Shown here: positions 28,401-39,906 of the stretch, one piece after another
Position numbering within the stretch: position 1 is the first letter of the stretch
Layout of the letters: each line of letters begins with the position of its first letter
DNA from: Amoebophrya sp. A120
Lineage: Eukaryota > Protista > Dinoflagellata
Length of the DNA: 64,000 nt
Assembly: GCA_905178155.1 (NCBI GenBank)
Contig: CAJINV010000002.1
Location: 9,311,412 to 9,375,411, forward strand
Direction: 5' to 3'
Translations under genes and position numbers: made by a program
The notes under the pieces: model-generated
Database searches by the model: none
What the model saw: the letters and a program-made list of their open reading frames with translations, nothing else
Told to the model about the DNA's origin: nothing

Positions 28401-31179
28401 TAGGTCACACGATGGCGATGGGTGCGGCACCAACCGGGGCCACTTTCGCGGATCTTCCGGGAACTTCTACTCAACAACAGTTGCAGTATCAGCACGCTTT
28501 TGCAAACACCGTTGTCGGCTGCGCTGCGGCTCCGGCGGGCGCGATAGGAGCTGGCGCCCAGAATTATCATCTTGCTCAACAACCAGAGACTGCAGCTGCA
28601 CATCACAGCATGATGCTCAATTCGCTCGCCGAGCAGATGTACGCGGAATTCGTCAAGCTGCAAAACAGGCAAGCGGAATATCTGCGCATTATCCCGATTC
28701 TCTCCCATCTCTTCAACTTCCCGCGCCTCCCGACCTTCAAGCAGATCGTGCTCCGCATGCTCGTATGAAATGCAAAAGTGTCTGGGTCTGGAAGAATGCG
28801 CGATTTGTCATGCTGCTTTCCATGACCCATGAGGTCTGGAATGCAGGACCTAGCATGACAGACTCTGCGGGACCTTTCTCATGCCTATCCTGCATGAGAA
28901 ACTCCCTCCCGACTTGGTCAAAACTGGACGACTTTTGGTAATCATGCAACACAGATTTTTGCATGCTGCAGATTTAGCATGACAAGTTTCAATCTTCCAG
29001 ACCCAGACACTTTTGCATTTGATAGCTCGCGCACGAGATCACCGAAGTCGACGACTTTGAGGTCTACTTTCCCATGCGCAGCCTCGCCAAGGTGACTGAA
29101 CCCATGAAGAAAAGTTCTAGCAACTCGAGTAGTACGACGTCAAGACACTGCTATAACACCACGCCGCCCGGTGGAGCAGAGAGTAGTAAAACTGGCAAAA
29201 TGAATCACACTGCTTGTGTTGGAGCTGCGCCATCAATTGCAGCAGGTGCAGGACACGGGCAGAACCATCCGGCAGCAGAAGCTCCGTCTCGTTCTCGAGG
29301 AGAACAACTTCATCCCGCCCATGTGAGGAGTAGCACATCCGCCTCCCGCTCTACTGCTCATGCAAAGTTTCCGTCCGTCGAGTTCCAATGGGTGACCATG
29401 CGCGACCTGTTTGCGGAATTTGACACGGATCAGGATGGCTTTCTTTCTGTGCGGAAGCTCGGGGAGTTAATCGCCAAAGCGAAGTTGAGGATTCCCTCGT
29501 TTGAAGACTACGATGATTATTTCCTCGATCCGATTATCGACGGCGTGTGCTATCGTGACTTTTTGGCTAGTATGCTGGAGGTAAACTTTCAGACGTTCGA
29601 GCTGTCGAGCACCCACTTCTTCACATTTTTCAAGAAACTGCAGGTCGCCACGGGGGTGCTGAACAGCGCCACCGCAGCGGCCTCCTGCTCGTCGGGGGCG
29701 GGGCCACATCCTGGCACTGCCTTGAGCAGCAGCTCGGGCGCACCGTCGGACTTGCTTGGCGCGGGCGGGGCCACTGCGTCCTCAGGTGTCGGGTCTTCTT
29801 CGGGCCAGCGGAAAGGACCAGAGCATCCACCGGCAGCTGAGACGATGAATACTCCAACAGCCGGCGCAGCTTGTAGTTCTTTCCTACAGCAGCAGCTCCA
29901 CCACGAGCACATGTTGCACCATAATGCAATGCTGCACGGACAAATCGCACATAGTAGTACCACAACTGGAGCCGCAGCAACTGCATCGAGCAACATCCTC
30001 AATCCATATAAAGCTACTGGTAATATGGTGTCATCTATCAAGAAGAACGAGAAACAGAAAAATCCCGGGAATTATGAGCCGAAGAAAATCCAGAAAATCC
30101 TGTACGAAATCTTTTTACGGTTTTCCGCCTTGCCTACAGACGAAACCTTCTCCGCTGACGTGCGAATGGACGTACCGGTTGGGTATTCTACGATTGGCAG
30201 CGGCGGCGGAGACAGTACGCAGATGGCGTCGACCTACTTGGAAAATAACTTCCCACTGATGTCATCCGCGCAGTACTACCAGTACGGTGCGTATGGTGCA
30301 GGGGCGCAGGAGGACTGTCTCTATTTCCCCGTGGAGGAGCGAGAGGCTCACGGTAATGTCAGATGGCAGCAGCAGCAAAAGCATCTTCATCATAGAGGTG
30401 GTCACATTGAAGACCAACAAGATTATCAGCAGCAGCAGCAGCATATGGAGGATAGTAATCCTGAGGTGGGCGGGGCTGGCTTCATCTCAGCGGGTTTGGA
30501 ATTCGAAGGCGATCTCACTATGGAAGACGCGGACGACGGAGCAGCGGGCGGCGACGCGGGTCCTCGTGGTCCTGCTGCTAGAGGCATGATAGAAGTAGAC
30601 CACAACATGCGGCATCTTCCCGACGCGGCTTTTCTCGAAAAAAATTTCAAGCAACACAGAACCGCCAAACCAGGAGCGACGCTGAAGAATAAACACGGCA
30701 CTGCTAAAATCCCGTTGGAACATCAGCTGCAACAGAGTCGGGAACACGAACAACAGCACTACTATCAAAACAGGAACGCAGCTACAACTTCTACTACTTT
30801 TCACAAGCGACCGCTGCAAAAACACGGCACCGGCATGCTGGGAGCTGCTGGAGCATCATCTTCATCGCTGAAACAAAACTACCAAGCTCGCGCTAGAAAG
30901 CCGCTTCCGGGGCGGCGGCGGATCACGAAGCAGAGTTTACAGAAGGCCGGGTTTGAGCACGTCCATTTTTCGAAGCAGTTTCTGCACGAGCAGGACAACC
31001 TCGGAATGGACTTCTGGCAATTTTTGGATTATCTACAAAACTGCAAAGGCGAGACCGAGTTCGATTTTCCCAGCTTCAATGCTGGAGGAACAAGCGAAAC
31101 TATCGGGTCGGCTGGTCTTTTTCGCGGCCAGCAGCCTCTGTTGCCCTCCGGTCGTTCCGGATTGTACCATATTGGATAA
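16427..31179 (+). CDS. Giant calcium-dependent protein kinase-like protein, about 4,453 aa
   Basis: Exons 16427-24706, 24975-25740, 25891-25937, 26267-27109, 27488-28763 and 29030-31179 total 13,362 nt, all joined across introners. Kinase motifs [33 protein letters not shown] and DLFACG; junction FKQIVLRMLAHE; EF-hand DTDQDGFLS. Confidence 0.88.
24707..24969. mobile_element. Introner family A
   Basis: Family A TIRs; DR TGCAC; removal gives VMTVH-HRRTK. Confidence 0.95.
25741..25885. mobile_element. Introner family D
   Basis: TATGAACTGCAAAAGTATCGTACTCG...CGAGTACGATGCTTTTGCACAGGATA; DR GGAGG; removal gives APE-VHGNNWY. Confidence 0.93.
25938..26261. mobile_element. Introner family B
   Basis: Family B TIRs; DR CCTGC; removal gives DLFAC-GVILCQM. 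Confidence 0.95.
27110..27482. mobile_element. Introner family A carrying a nested insertion
   Basis: Family A TIRs; DR CGCCC; about 110 bp longer than its siblings. Confidence 0.95.
27200..27291. other. 92-bp insertion flanked by an 18-bp duplication
   Basis: TGTGTTGCATGATTACCA at 27182-27199 and 27292-27309; present once in the inverted sibling at 28764. Confidence 0.85.
28764..29024. mobile_element. Introner family A (opposite orientation to 27110)
   Basis: Family A TIRs; DR GCTCG; removal gives LRML-AHEITE. Confidence 0.95.
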
Positions 31180-33393
31180 AAAAAGTCATGCTGTCTGCTA
31201 GAAGGCCGCTCCACCGTCCCGCACAGCCTCATATTGATCTTATTTTGATTTTAGGTCGTTTTCTCGTCGAGTCTTGACGAAATAGTGACACACCACGCAC
31301 AGAGACAGCATCTTTATCAGAGTCATTTTACGGCGAAGATGCAGACAGAGGTCCTGTTGCGGGGCTTTCCTTCCAACCGCGCGATTGTCCGGGTCGTATC
31401 GACCAGGCTTGCGAGCGATTGCTATAAGAATGAAAAACTGAAATTTGTACTACTTCAGTTTCTATCAATCTGGTGTACTAGATCATGATAGAAACTTGCT
31501 TGTTACTTCTGCGGATGTACAATGAACAAAGCCTGTTTATTTTAGCATATATTTTTCACGTAAACACAGCGACATCACGACATTACACTACGCTTGCGCT
31601 TATGATATTATTGAAACGACAGTATCGAAATCGATAGGAATAGGCTCCGGCGCAGAAGCCGGAGGACAAGTTGAAGGCAAATAAAAGCCTTTCGGGTCTT
31701 CAGGGCTCTTTTGATCATTTTTTGTCTGGTGGCCTATTTAATCTATTTCCGAACTTGTTTGTTGCGTGTCCAGTCCGACACGACGCGTTGCCTGTAACCG
31801 AAGCGGAGTGTCTGGTCTCTCAGACTTCTTTGATACAAAGATTTGAATTGATTTCAACAGCAGCAGGAGGAGCTCTGTTTGGTACAATACTTCATCAACG
31901 CAAAGAACAGAAGGCATGTATTTTACATTATGGAGGATAAAATCTTAAAGCATACCTGACGGTCCAAATCTAATGACTGAACATGAGGGATGACGTTGTA
32001 GAATAACGCATCACAAGCTCCGCGGCCCGCCCACCAATGGGAAACAGTAGCTGCAGCATTTTTTCTCTGCTTGATGTTGATTGTCGCAGAAAAAGGGGCA
32101 CAAGCCAATGTCCCTGCTCCTCATGTACGTCGCGTTCGTTGAAGTTCCCTTGGTGCGTTTCTGTAGTTTCTCTTTCTTTCGAGTGGCAAAGACGACAGAC
32201 GGCAGTATTGTCGAAACTAACATCACACGCAAGGATGAGAGATATCATCCGAAGAAAGTTTTATCAAAATGAAAGAACTAATGTAAAACTTGAATGAACA
32301 GTCCGCAAATACTCCTGAAGAACCAGGCACGGTTTGGGCTTTTCATTTCGTGGGCATATGTACCAAAATGAATTGATCAACGCGCGTTAGTAGCTACGGG
32401 TCTGGACCTGAATGGCGACTAAAAGATCGACCGCATGCCCTTAATATTGAAGCTTCGCGATAAGTTGTCGTCGTGTCCGAAAACACCAAAGCAGTATTTT
32501 CTTAGTTAGTTGTAACCCCTGCAGCTCTCAACATATCTGGTTGCACTTCTGCATATTCGATTTTTTTCCTATCTGCCAGACAACATACTTACAAGGGGCA
32601 CGACTTGGTCATGAAAAAAGGATGGCGAGCCGTCCTGCTTTCTCGTTCGTCCTCCTCAACGAAAGCAAAACTCCGCGATTGGTCGCCGTGAACAACAGGC
32701 CCCGCTTATCTGTTGGGGACATAAGTGTAACAAGAAGTTCCGGCCGCGTGTCTACTTCTTGGTCTCCTTCTTCCTCTTCATCCTCTTCAGATAAGTTCCT
32801 AGAAGAGGACTTCTCGTCACGTTCTACAACACCGTCGCGAAGCAGTTCGTCTACTTCCAGTCGTAGCCCCCGCCCCTGCAGCTCGTCAGAGAAAACCCAG
32901 AAAACCAGCATCGTTGTAGCTGGGCAACAGCTCCTCGAAGGAGAGGGCTCAACAACACGGATCGCGGAAAGTAGACCACCATCTGTACAACTCCCGGTGG
33001 TTGGATTGTTCTTGCAGGTGTCCGCGCAGGCTGACCGGGACGAGGCGGCACAGCAGCTGCAGCACCGCCGGCCGTGGGTGCTGGATCGTGCGAATCGCAA
33101 AGAGCGGAGACATCAGTCGAAACAAGCACAGACACTGGCAGTTGTTCCACGTGTCCGACTTCTACGCGAGGAGAAGAATTTCAATTTCTCGTCGTGTTGC
33201 AGCTGCAAATCAAGCACGACGCTCTTCGCAAGTACCACTTCCACGCCTTTTTCATCAGGGAAGTCAAAAATATCATCTTCTTCCTACTTCGGAAGAACTA
33301 GAAGAACCTCATTTGGGTCAACGTCAACACGAGGCGGTCGAGTACAAGAACTTCTACGCCGGCGACAACTACTAGTGCGGAGTCAACTACAGG

Positions 33394-36300
33394 ATGCCGA
33401 TCAAAATCAACCGCGACGCAGAAAGCATCGAGGATGCCTTGCGCGTCTGCTGGACCAAAAGGGTGAGCGAGGAAAACCCCAACGCAGTAAACGCAAAGCA
33501 GTTCGCCGAGGTGCTCGCCGACACGCTGAAAAAGCTGCAGGTGGCCCCGCCGAACCAGGAGTGGTACGCGCAGGCGTTTCGGAACTTCGATCTGGATAAG
33601 GACGGGTGGATCATTCAGGAGGACGTGGTGGACATCGCGGTGCAGTACGTGAATGCGTACCTGCAACTGAACCAATCCTCCAAGACCACCTCGAAGGCGG
33701 TTTCCGGCGCGGGGTCCAAATTATCAAATGTAAAAATGTCTGGGTCTGGAAGAGTCATGCTGTTTTTGCATGACACAGAAGGTCTGGCATGGAAGCTCTA
33801 GCATCACAGGTTTTGAGAACCTTCCGCAATGCCGAATCCGCATGACAAGTTGCCTATTTTGCTGGCAAAAAGTGGGAGCTTTTGCTACGTATGCATGAGA
33901 GACTTTTCTGTGTTCTGAAATACGCATTACAAGTTGCATTCTTCCAGACCCAGACATTTTTACATTTGATACAAATACCAGGCAAACCAGTCCCAGTTCG
34001 CGTCCACCTCCGGTATGGGGGCGACTGGGCAAGTCACCGTAAAAAAATCAAAATTTTTTTGCATTTATGAAATAATCGTATCTAAAACCACCACCATGCC
34101 GTGCGGTTTCGCGTTTCCAAAACTAACAGGTGGCGTGGGCGTCTCCGGAACCACCTGTCGATGGTGATAAATATGGAATTCCAAACTAGCTAGAAGCTCG
34201 AGCTTGAGCTAGGTAGCTAAGGCCTATTCTAGGCATAGATAAGATGTCTGCAAACAGCCTCAAATCGAAGGCCAAATAGGAGGCGACTGCAGGGCAACTC
34301 GCGGCCCGGCTGTCGCGGGGTGACCCCGTTCCGGAGTATCTGGAGAACGGTGGAACCGGCGGAATCAAGAAGATGCCGAAGGAACATATTTGATTTTTTG
34401 AAAAAATGGCGACTCGCGATGGTATGGTGAGTTTTTACTAACCCGCGTGGCAGGCTTCCTCTCGGAGGTCATTTCGTGACCTCGTTTAGGACCTCACTTT
34501 TGCAAGCTATTCACGATGGTGCGATGGATTTCATTTGAGGTGCAAAATGAGGTCTCGCCGCACCTCATTTTTCGACGAGTTGAACGATCCGCAAAAAAAA
34601 CATCTGTTTTGAGAGCTTCCACATGTTGCAGGACAAACCAAAAAGTGCGCCACTTTTAGGCATTTCGCTTGCTTCCTCGGTTGGTGCCAGGTGGTGCAGG
34701 GACCTCTACACCGCCCGACGCGACAGCCGGGCCGCCAAATGCCTACCAATCACCATGCAAGCCAGCTGCTTTTATTGCGTTAAGCCAGCACCTTTTGAAT
34801 GCATTTCACATCCTTAAACTAGCTAGCTCAAGTTGGAGCTTCTAGCTAGTTCTCATTTGGATACTCTTCAGCGTAGCTCACCTGACGACGTCGGTTCCGG
34901 AGCAGCGAAGTAGGTGGCGAATCGAGGTCGTTTTCGTGATTATTTAGGTGGCCATTTCTTAAATGAAAAAAAATTTTGATTTTTTTACGGTGACTTGCCC
35001 AGTTCGCGTCCACCTCGGGCACTTTAGGGATTGCAAATATGTCTGGGTCTGGAAGGTTGCAACTTGTCATGCGAAATCTCGATCACCAAAAAATTTGTGT
35101 TGCATGAAAGCCAAAAACCACCCACTTCTTGCCAGGCAAAAAGCGAATTTCTCATGCAGGATGGGCATGAGGAAGGCGAAGGTCTAGCGCAATCTGTGAT
35201 GCTTCTGCGAGCATTCCAGACCATGTGTGTGGTCCGCAAGATACATGACAAGTCTCGCATTCTTCCAGACCCAGACAGTTTTGCATTTGATACACTTCCA
35301 GAAACAACAAGGACGCTGGCGGGGACTTCCGCCCCTTCCAAACGTGGCTGAAGGACATGTGCTGGAAATCGTTTTGCTTTGTGGACTCGGAGAGCACGGG
35401 GAAGATAAATCGCTCGCAGATGAAAACGGCGATGACCATGGTGTTCGAGCAGCTCCAGAACGTCACCATGCCGCCGGACAATTGGTTCACCGATGCGTTC
35501 ACGAATTTTGACACCGACCGCGACGGATATTTGACGTTTGACGAACTAGTGGAAATCCTGGACCAGTACTGTGAGGCGCTGCGCAAGGGGGGTGTGAAGG
35601 TACAACGGAAGCCGGACGGCGGTGGCAAGGGCGGGGCCAAGGACAAAAACTCGATCGACAACAAACTGTGCGTAGCGGCGAAAGCGCTACTGGCGCAGAC
35701 GGACCCGAATAACACTGGAAGGTACAACGGATGTATGGCTGCGTTGAAATGTTTTTTCTGTGGTAGTGATAGATTCTTGTGCTTCTACAACTCGGACTTA
35801 TTCATCAAGTATTGCAGGAGCGGCTGTACCAGAAAAAGAATGTACTATATGAATGAATTCTTTCCAAACGCTCCTCAGGGTTTCTGTGGAACAGAATGTG
35901 GAGCTGATCAAGAAGCTTTGGAAGGCCGTCCCGGACATGGGGCGGCAGCCCTCGACCCGGTGGTGTCGGGAAGTATTGCAAGGAAAAATCCCCCCTCCCC
36001 ATATCAAAACGAAATTTCTGATGCTGGATTTGTGTACACAAATCAGCTTCGTATTGCAGGAAGGCATTGCGGCCAGATCCCCAGGCTAGGTAGGGCCGTA
36101 TTGGTCTAGTTGTTCAGCATGGCAAACGGCTCCCCTTTAAGCCGGACAGCATGACAAACCGCTTCCATAATGGGCCGGACGCTTCTGCCCTTGTCGTCTT
36201 GCAAGACACATGTGATTTGTGACCTCAAATCAGCGACACAAATTTTCGCAAACATAGCTTTTCAATATGGGGAGGGGGGACTTTTCATTTTGATAGGAAG

Positions 36301-39300
36301 CGTTTACGAACTTCGACGTGAAGAAGGCCGGCTACATCTCCGTCGAATCCTGGTGCGAAATCGTGCGGCAGTATGCCTGGTGGAAGCTGAAAACCTGGCC
36401 GGAGGGCTTCAACTACAAGAATATCCAGGAGGCACAGGGCAGTCTGAATCTGACCTCGGGCCCGAAGCCGCACCCTAAGCCCAAACCTACTAGCAACAAG
36501 AAACCTGGTGCCAACAAGCCAGTAGGTCCGGGAACGAGTAGCGCCGGCGGTGGGATCATGGAAGCCGTACACATGGTGGGGCACATCGTTGTGCCAACCT
36601 ACAGTGGGAAATTGAAAGTGTTCGACGACTACGAGTTTCTGGAGAAAAAGGGTGAGGGTGCGTTCGGGAAGGTACGCAACAAGTAAGACCTACGTGCGAC
36701 ATACGCCAAGACAGAGAATAACCACGACAAAAGTTGTTGTATTTTGTTGATTTGCTGGTGATCCTAATCCTGTTGTAGAAGCGAAAGCAAGAACTGCGCA
36801 TGATACAAAATCTGATTATTTTAGGTCATGACTGTGCGCCACAACCGCACCGGGATTATGCGCGCGTGCAAGTCCATCGCGTTGAAGAGCAAGGACCAGA
36901 CAAAGCTGGTAGAAACCGAGATCGAACTCATGAAACAGTTGGACCACCCCAATATTCTATCAACTGTAAAAATGTCTGGGTCTGGAAGAATGGAAGGCTT
37001 GTCATGCTTGTCTGGCATGACCCATGATGCTTGTAATGCATGACCCAGCATCACAGATTTTTGGAAAGCTTCCTGATGCCATTTCCGCATGACAAGTGCC
37101 CTCCTCGCGTAGCACAAATGTGGCTCCTCTTGCTGGTCATGCAATACAGATTTTTTTAGAGTCCAAAGTTAGCATCACAAGTTCCAACTTTCCAGACCCA
37201 GACACTTTTACACTTGATACATTCTACGCCTGTACGAAACCTACTACGACGGTGACACGAGCATCTACCTCGTCACAGAGCTTTGTAACGGAGGCAGTTT
37301 GTTCGATCGGTATAACTAGAAGTACAGGCTGAACTGCCAGGCTAGCTGGTGGTCGTGATTCTTGCGATAAAGCGCCTCTCAAGATTATATCAGTTGCAAG
37401 TAGTTACTACGAATTTGTTGTTTCGGCACGTGCACATGCCGAAAACCATTCATTCCAGGTTGATCTACCACATGAAGACGCTAAAGCGACCGATGTCCGA
37501 GCGACAGTCCGGGAGGTATATTCAGCAAATCATGCAGGCTCTGGCCTACTGCCACAGCATGGGGATAATCCATCGCGATGTCAAGCCGGATAACGTTCTC
37601 TTCGTCAACCGAAAAGCAGACAGCGCCGTCAAAGTGATCGACTTTGGTCTATTGCAATGAAAAATGCCCCCACGCCCGAACCTGGGAGCATTTGTATTGC
37701 AAAACTTTCTAAATGAAACATTCGCCCTCTTGCATCTATCAGCATCACAGGTTTCCAATCGTGAATAGCAAAAATCTGTATTGCAAAAGACCCCAGCAAT
37801 GGCGGCGCTTGTCATGCAAACGATGCGATACACGCCTAGACTCTGCATCAGAAAGATTCATACTCCTTTCATGCATGACAGAAAGTTTTCATTTGGAAAC
37901 TTCGCATCACAAATTTTTGCAACTTTGGGGGTGGGGGCATTTTTCACTGTAATATGGTCTCTCAGACTTTATGAAAAAAATTGAACAGGCGGCGAAGACG
38001 GTACCATTTTGGGTTCGCATTCTTATCTTTTTCATCTGCGAAAGCGCTTTTTCTTTTTGTGTTTGTCCAGAATTACCGCAAATATGAAATATTCCGTTTC
38101 TCCTTTGCACCGCGAAAAAAAAACTACACAAAGCATTGACCAAGCTCCGTTGACGCCCGCATAGTAGGTACTACGTACAGATACAACAAGTCAGACATCA
38201 ACTGAAACGAAAATTGAAGGTGAAAATCAACAAAGACAAAGAGAAGATCGCGGACGGCATCCGGCGGTCCCTCGGTATTGCCGTCCCGGGCGCGACCGAC
38301 CCGCTTTTGCGAAAAGTGATGCCGAAGGCCGGGACGCCCCACTACATGCCCCCAGAGATGCACCACAAGGCCTGGTACGACGAGAAAGCGGACGTGTTCG
38401 CCTGCGGCGTGATGTTGTACCAGATGTTGACTGGCATCCACCCGTTTTTTATCCCAGGGAAAGACAACGCCGAGACGGCGAAACAGAAAATCGTCATCTG
38501 CAAGGTCGACTACCCATCAGAAGCGTGGAACGCAATCTCACCGCTGGCAAAACAGCTTACGCAAGGTAGGAAAAGAACACTGGTGCGCTGGTTGTGAATA
38601 AAATTCGTTCATTCTATTGCTGTTCTTGATATGCGATAGTTAATCGTTATTTACCTCGATTTGCAATTGGCGTAGCGCGATGAGTTTCTTCAGCCATAGC
38701 ATCACTTTGTCTGTTGGGGTTGTACGGCGGCACGCATGCAGTTTCAAAATATTTGCTTCTCAAGAACGACATATCAGCGATGCTTGCCCAGGACCCAAAG
38801 GAGCGGCTTTCTTCCTTTGAAGCGCTGAAGCATAAGTGGTTTGGCAGTTCTAAGAAGGTCACCACCGAACTCCGCGGGTCCGTCGTGGAAGGGTTGACGC
38901 ACTTCCAGCAGCACAACAAATTGAAGCAAGCGGTTTTGCGATTGCTCGCGAAGGAGGTAGACGAGGAGGGGATTGCGGAGTTGCGGGAGCAGTTCGTCGC
39001 CATGGACACGGATGGCGATATCAAATGTAAAAATGTCTGGGTCTGGAAGATTGCCAGGTTTGTCATGCACATTTTGCATGACTCCTGATGTCTGTGATGC
39101 ATGCCCTAGCGTCACAGATTTTGTGAGGGCTTCCTGATGCCTGTACCGCATGACAAATGCTCTTTCCGTGTAGCAAAACTTGGACTCTCTTTGCTGCTCA
39201 TGCAATACAGATTTTTTTAGAATAGAAAATCAGCATGACAAGTTGGATTCTTCCAGACCCAGACAATTTTACAGTTGATAGGCGACGGCATCCTGCAGCT

Positions 39301-39906
39301 CGAGGAAGTGCTCCACGCAGCCGAGCAGTGCAAGCTGCACATCTCGAAGAAAGAGCTCGAGCAAACGCTCTTCGCCTTACACGGCCCGCAGCTTGGGGAA
39401 GCGGCACTGGAGATCGGACTGAACTACCGAGATTTCATAGCCAGTCTGCTGGAGAAGAAGGTACAACTGTTTCTTTGGGTACGTCCGGTCTACACCATTC
39501 ATCTTCGGGCAGCTGCTACAAATGTTGAGTGTGTTTTTACACACAGTGAAAGTCGTGCACTCAGTACATGTTTTTATCAAGAAATTGCACCCCGGAAAAA
39601 AAGATGAAGATGCTGACATTGACATCACTAATTCTCCATCTACAGGTGACAATCGAGCGTGGGCACTTGATGGAGATATTTAAGCGGTTTGAGGACCCGA
39701 AGGAGCCAGGGTACATCACGACAAAAAGTATCAAGGACTCCATGAAAACCCACAAGCGGGCAGACGGGCGGCGCTCCATCACCGAAAGCGAGTTCAGTGC
39801 GGAGGACTTGCAAGAGGTGCTGGGACGGGACACCAAACTCAACTTCTCCACCTTCCTCCAGTTGTGCTATGGTGGGCAAATCTCGGACGCGCAAAAGGGA
39901 AAATGA
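33394..39906 (+). CDS. CDPK-like kinase with N-terminal EF-hand repeats, about 900 aa
   Basis: Exons 33394-33721, (33977-34010 + 35017-35024), 35298-35721, 35879-35973, 36301-36671, 36825-36957, 37225-37309, 37459-37649, 37960-38000, 38220-38565, 38778-39018, 39286-39460 and 39646-39906. Six GT-AG introns, six introners and one MITE. Motifs [27 protein letters not shown], and EF-hands DLDKDG, DTDRDG and DTDGDG. Confidence 0.9.
33722..33971. mobile_element. Introner family A
   Basis: Family A TIRs; DR CAAAT. Confidence 0.95.
34011..34997. mobile_element. About 1-kb MITE/foldback-like element with long imperfect TIRs
   Basis: ACTGGGCAAGTCACCGTAAAAAAATCAAAATTTTTTT (from 34024) is inverted at about 34966-35003. 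A second inverted pair, AACTAGCTAGAAGCTC...TAAGG, lies at about 34184-34222 and 34812-34851. Flanked by the 19-bp repeat CCCAGTTCGCGTCCACCTC (33992-34010 and 34998-35016). Confidence 0.85.
35025..35292. mobile_element. Introner family A with degenerate 5' TIR
   Basis: Starts TAGGGATTGCAAATATGTCTGGGTCTGG instead of TATCAAATGCAAAAATGTC; 3' TIR intact; DR CACTT. Confidence 0.9.
35974..36295. mobile_element. Introner family B
   Basis: Family B TIRs; DR GGAAG; removal gives WCRE-AFTNFD. Confidence 0.95.
36958..37219. mobile_element. Introner family A
   Basis: Family A TIRs; DR TATTC/CATTC; removal gives HPNI-LRLYE. Confidence 0.95.
37650..37954. mobile_element. Introner family B-like variant
   Basis: TATTGCAATGAAAAATGCCCCCAC...GTGGGGGCATTTTTCACTGTAATA; DR TGGTC; removal gives DFG-LSDF. 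Confidence 0.93.
39019..39280. mobile_element. Introner family A
   Basis: Family A TIRs; DR GGCGA; lies inside the EF-hand loop DTDG-DGIL. Confidence 0.95.

Noticed and set aside
32541-33599. 352-aa Ser/Arg-rich ORF overlapping the start of the second kinase
   Set aside because: Out of frame with the kinase. The paralog's N-terminus aligns with the ATG at 33394.
34013-35002. Canonical GT(ATGG)...CCCAG splicing of the MITE
   Set aside because: It would shift the kinase reading frame.
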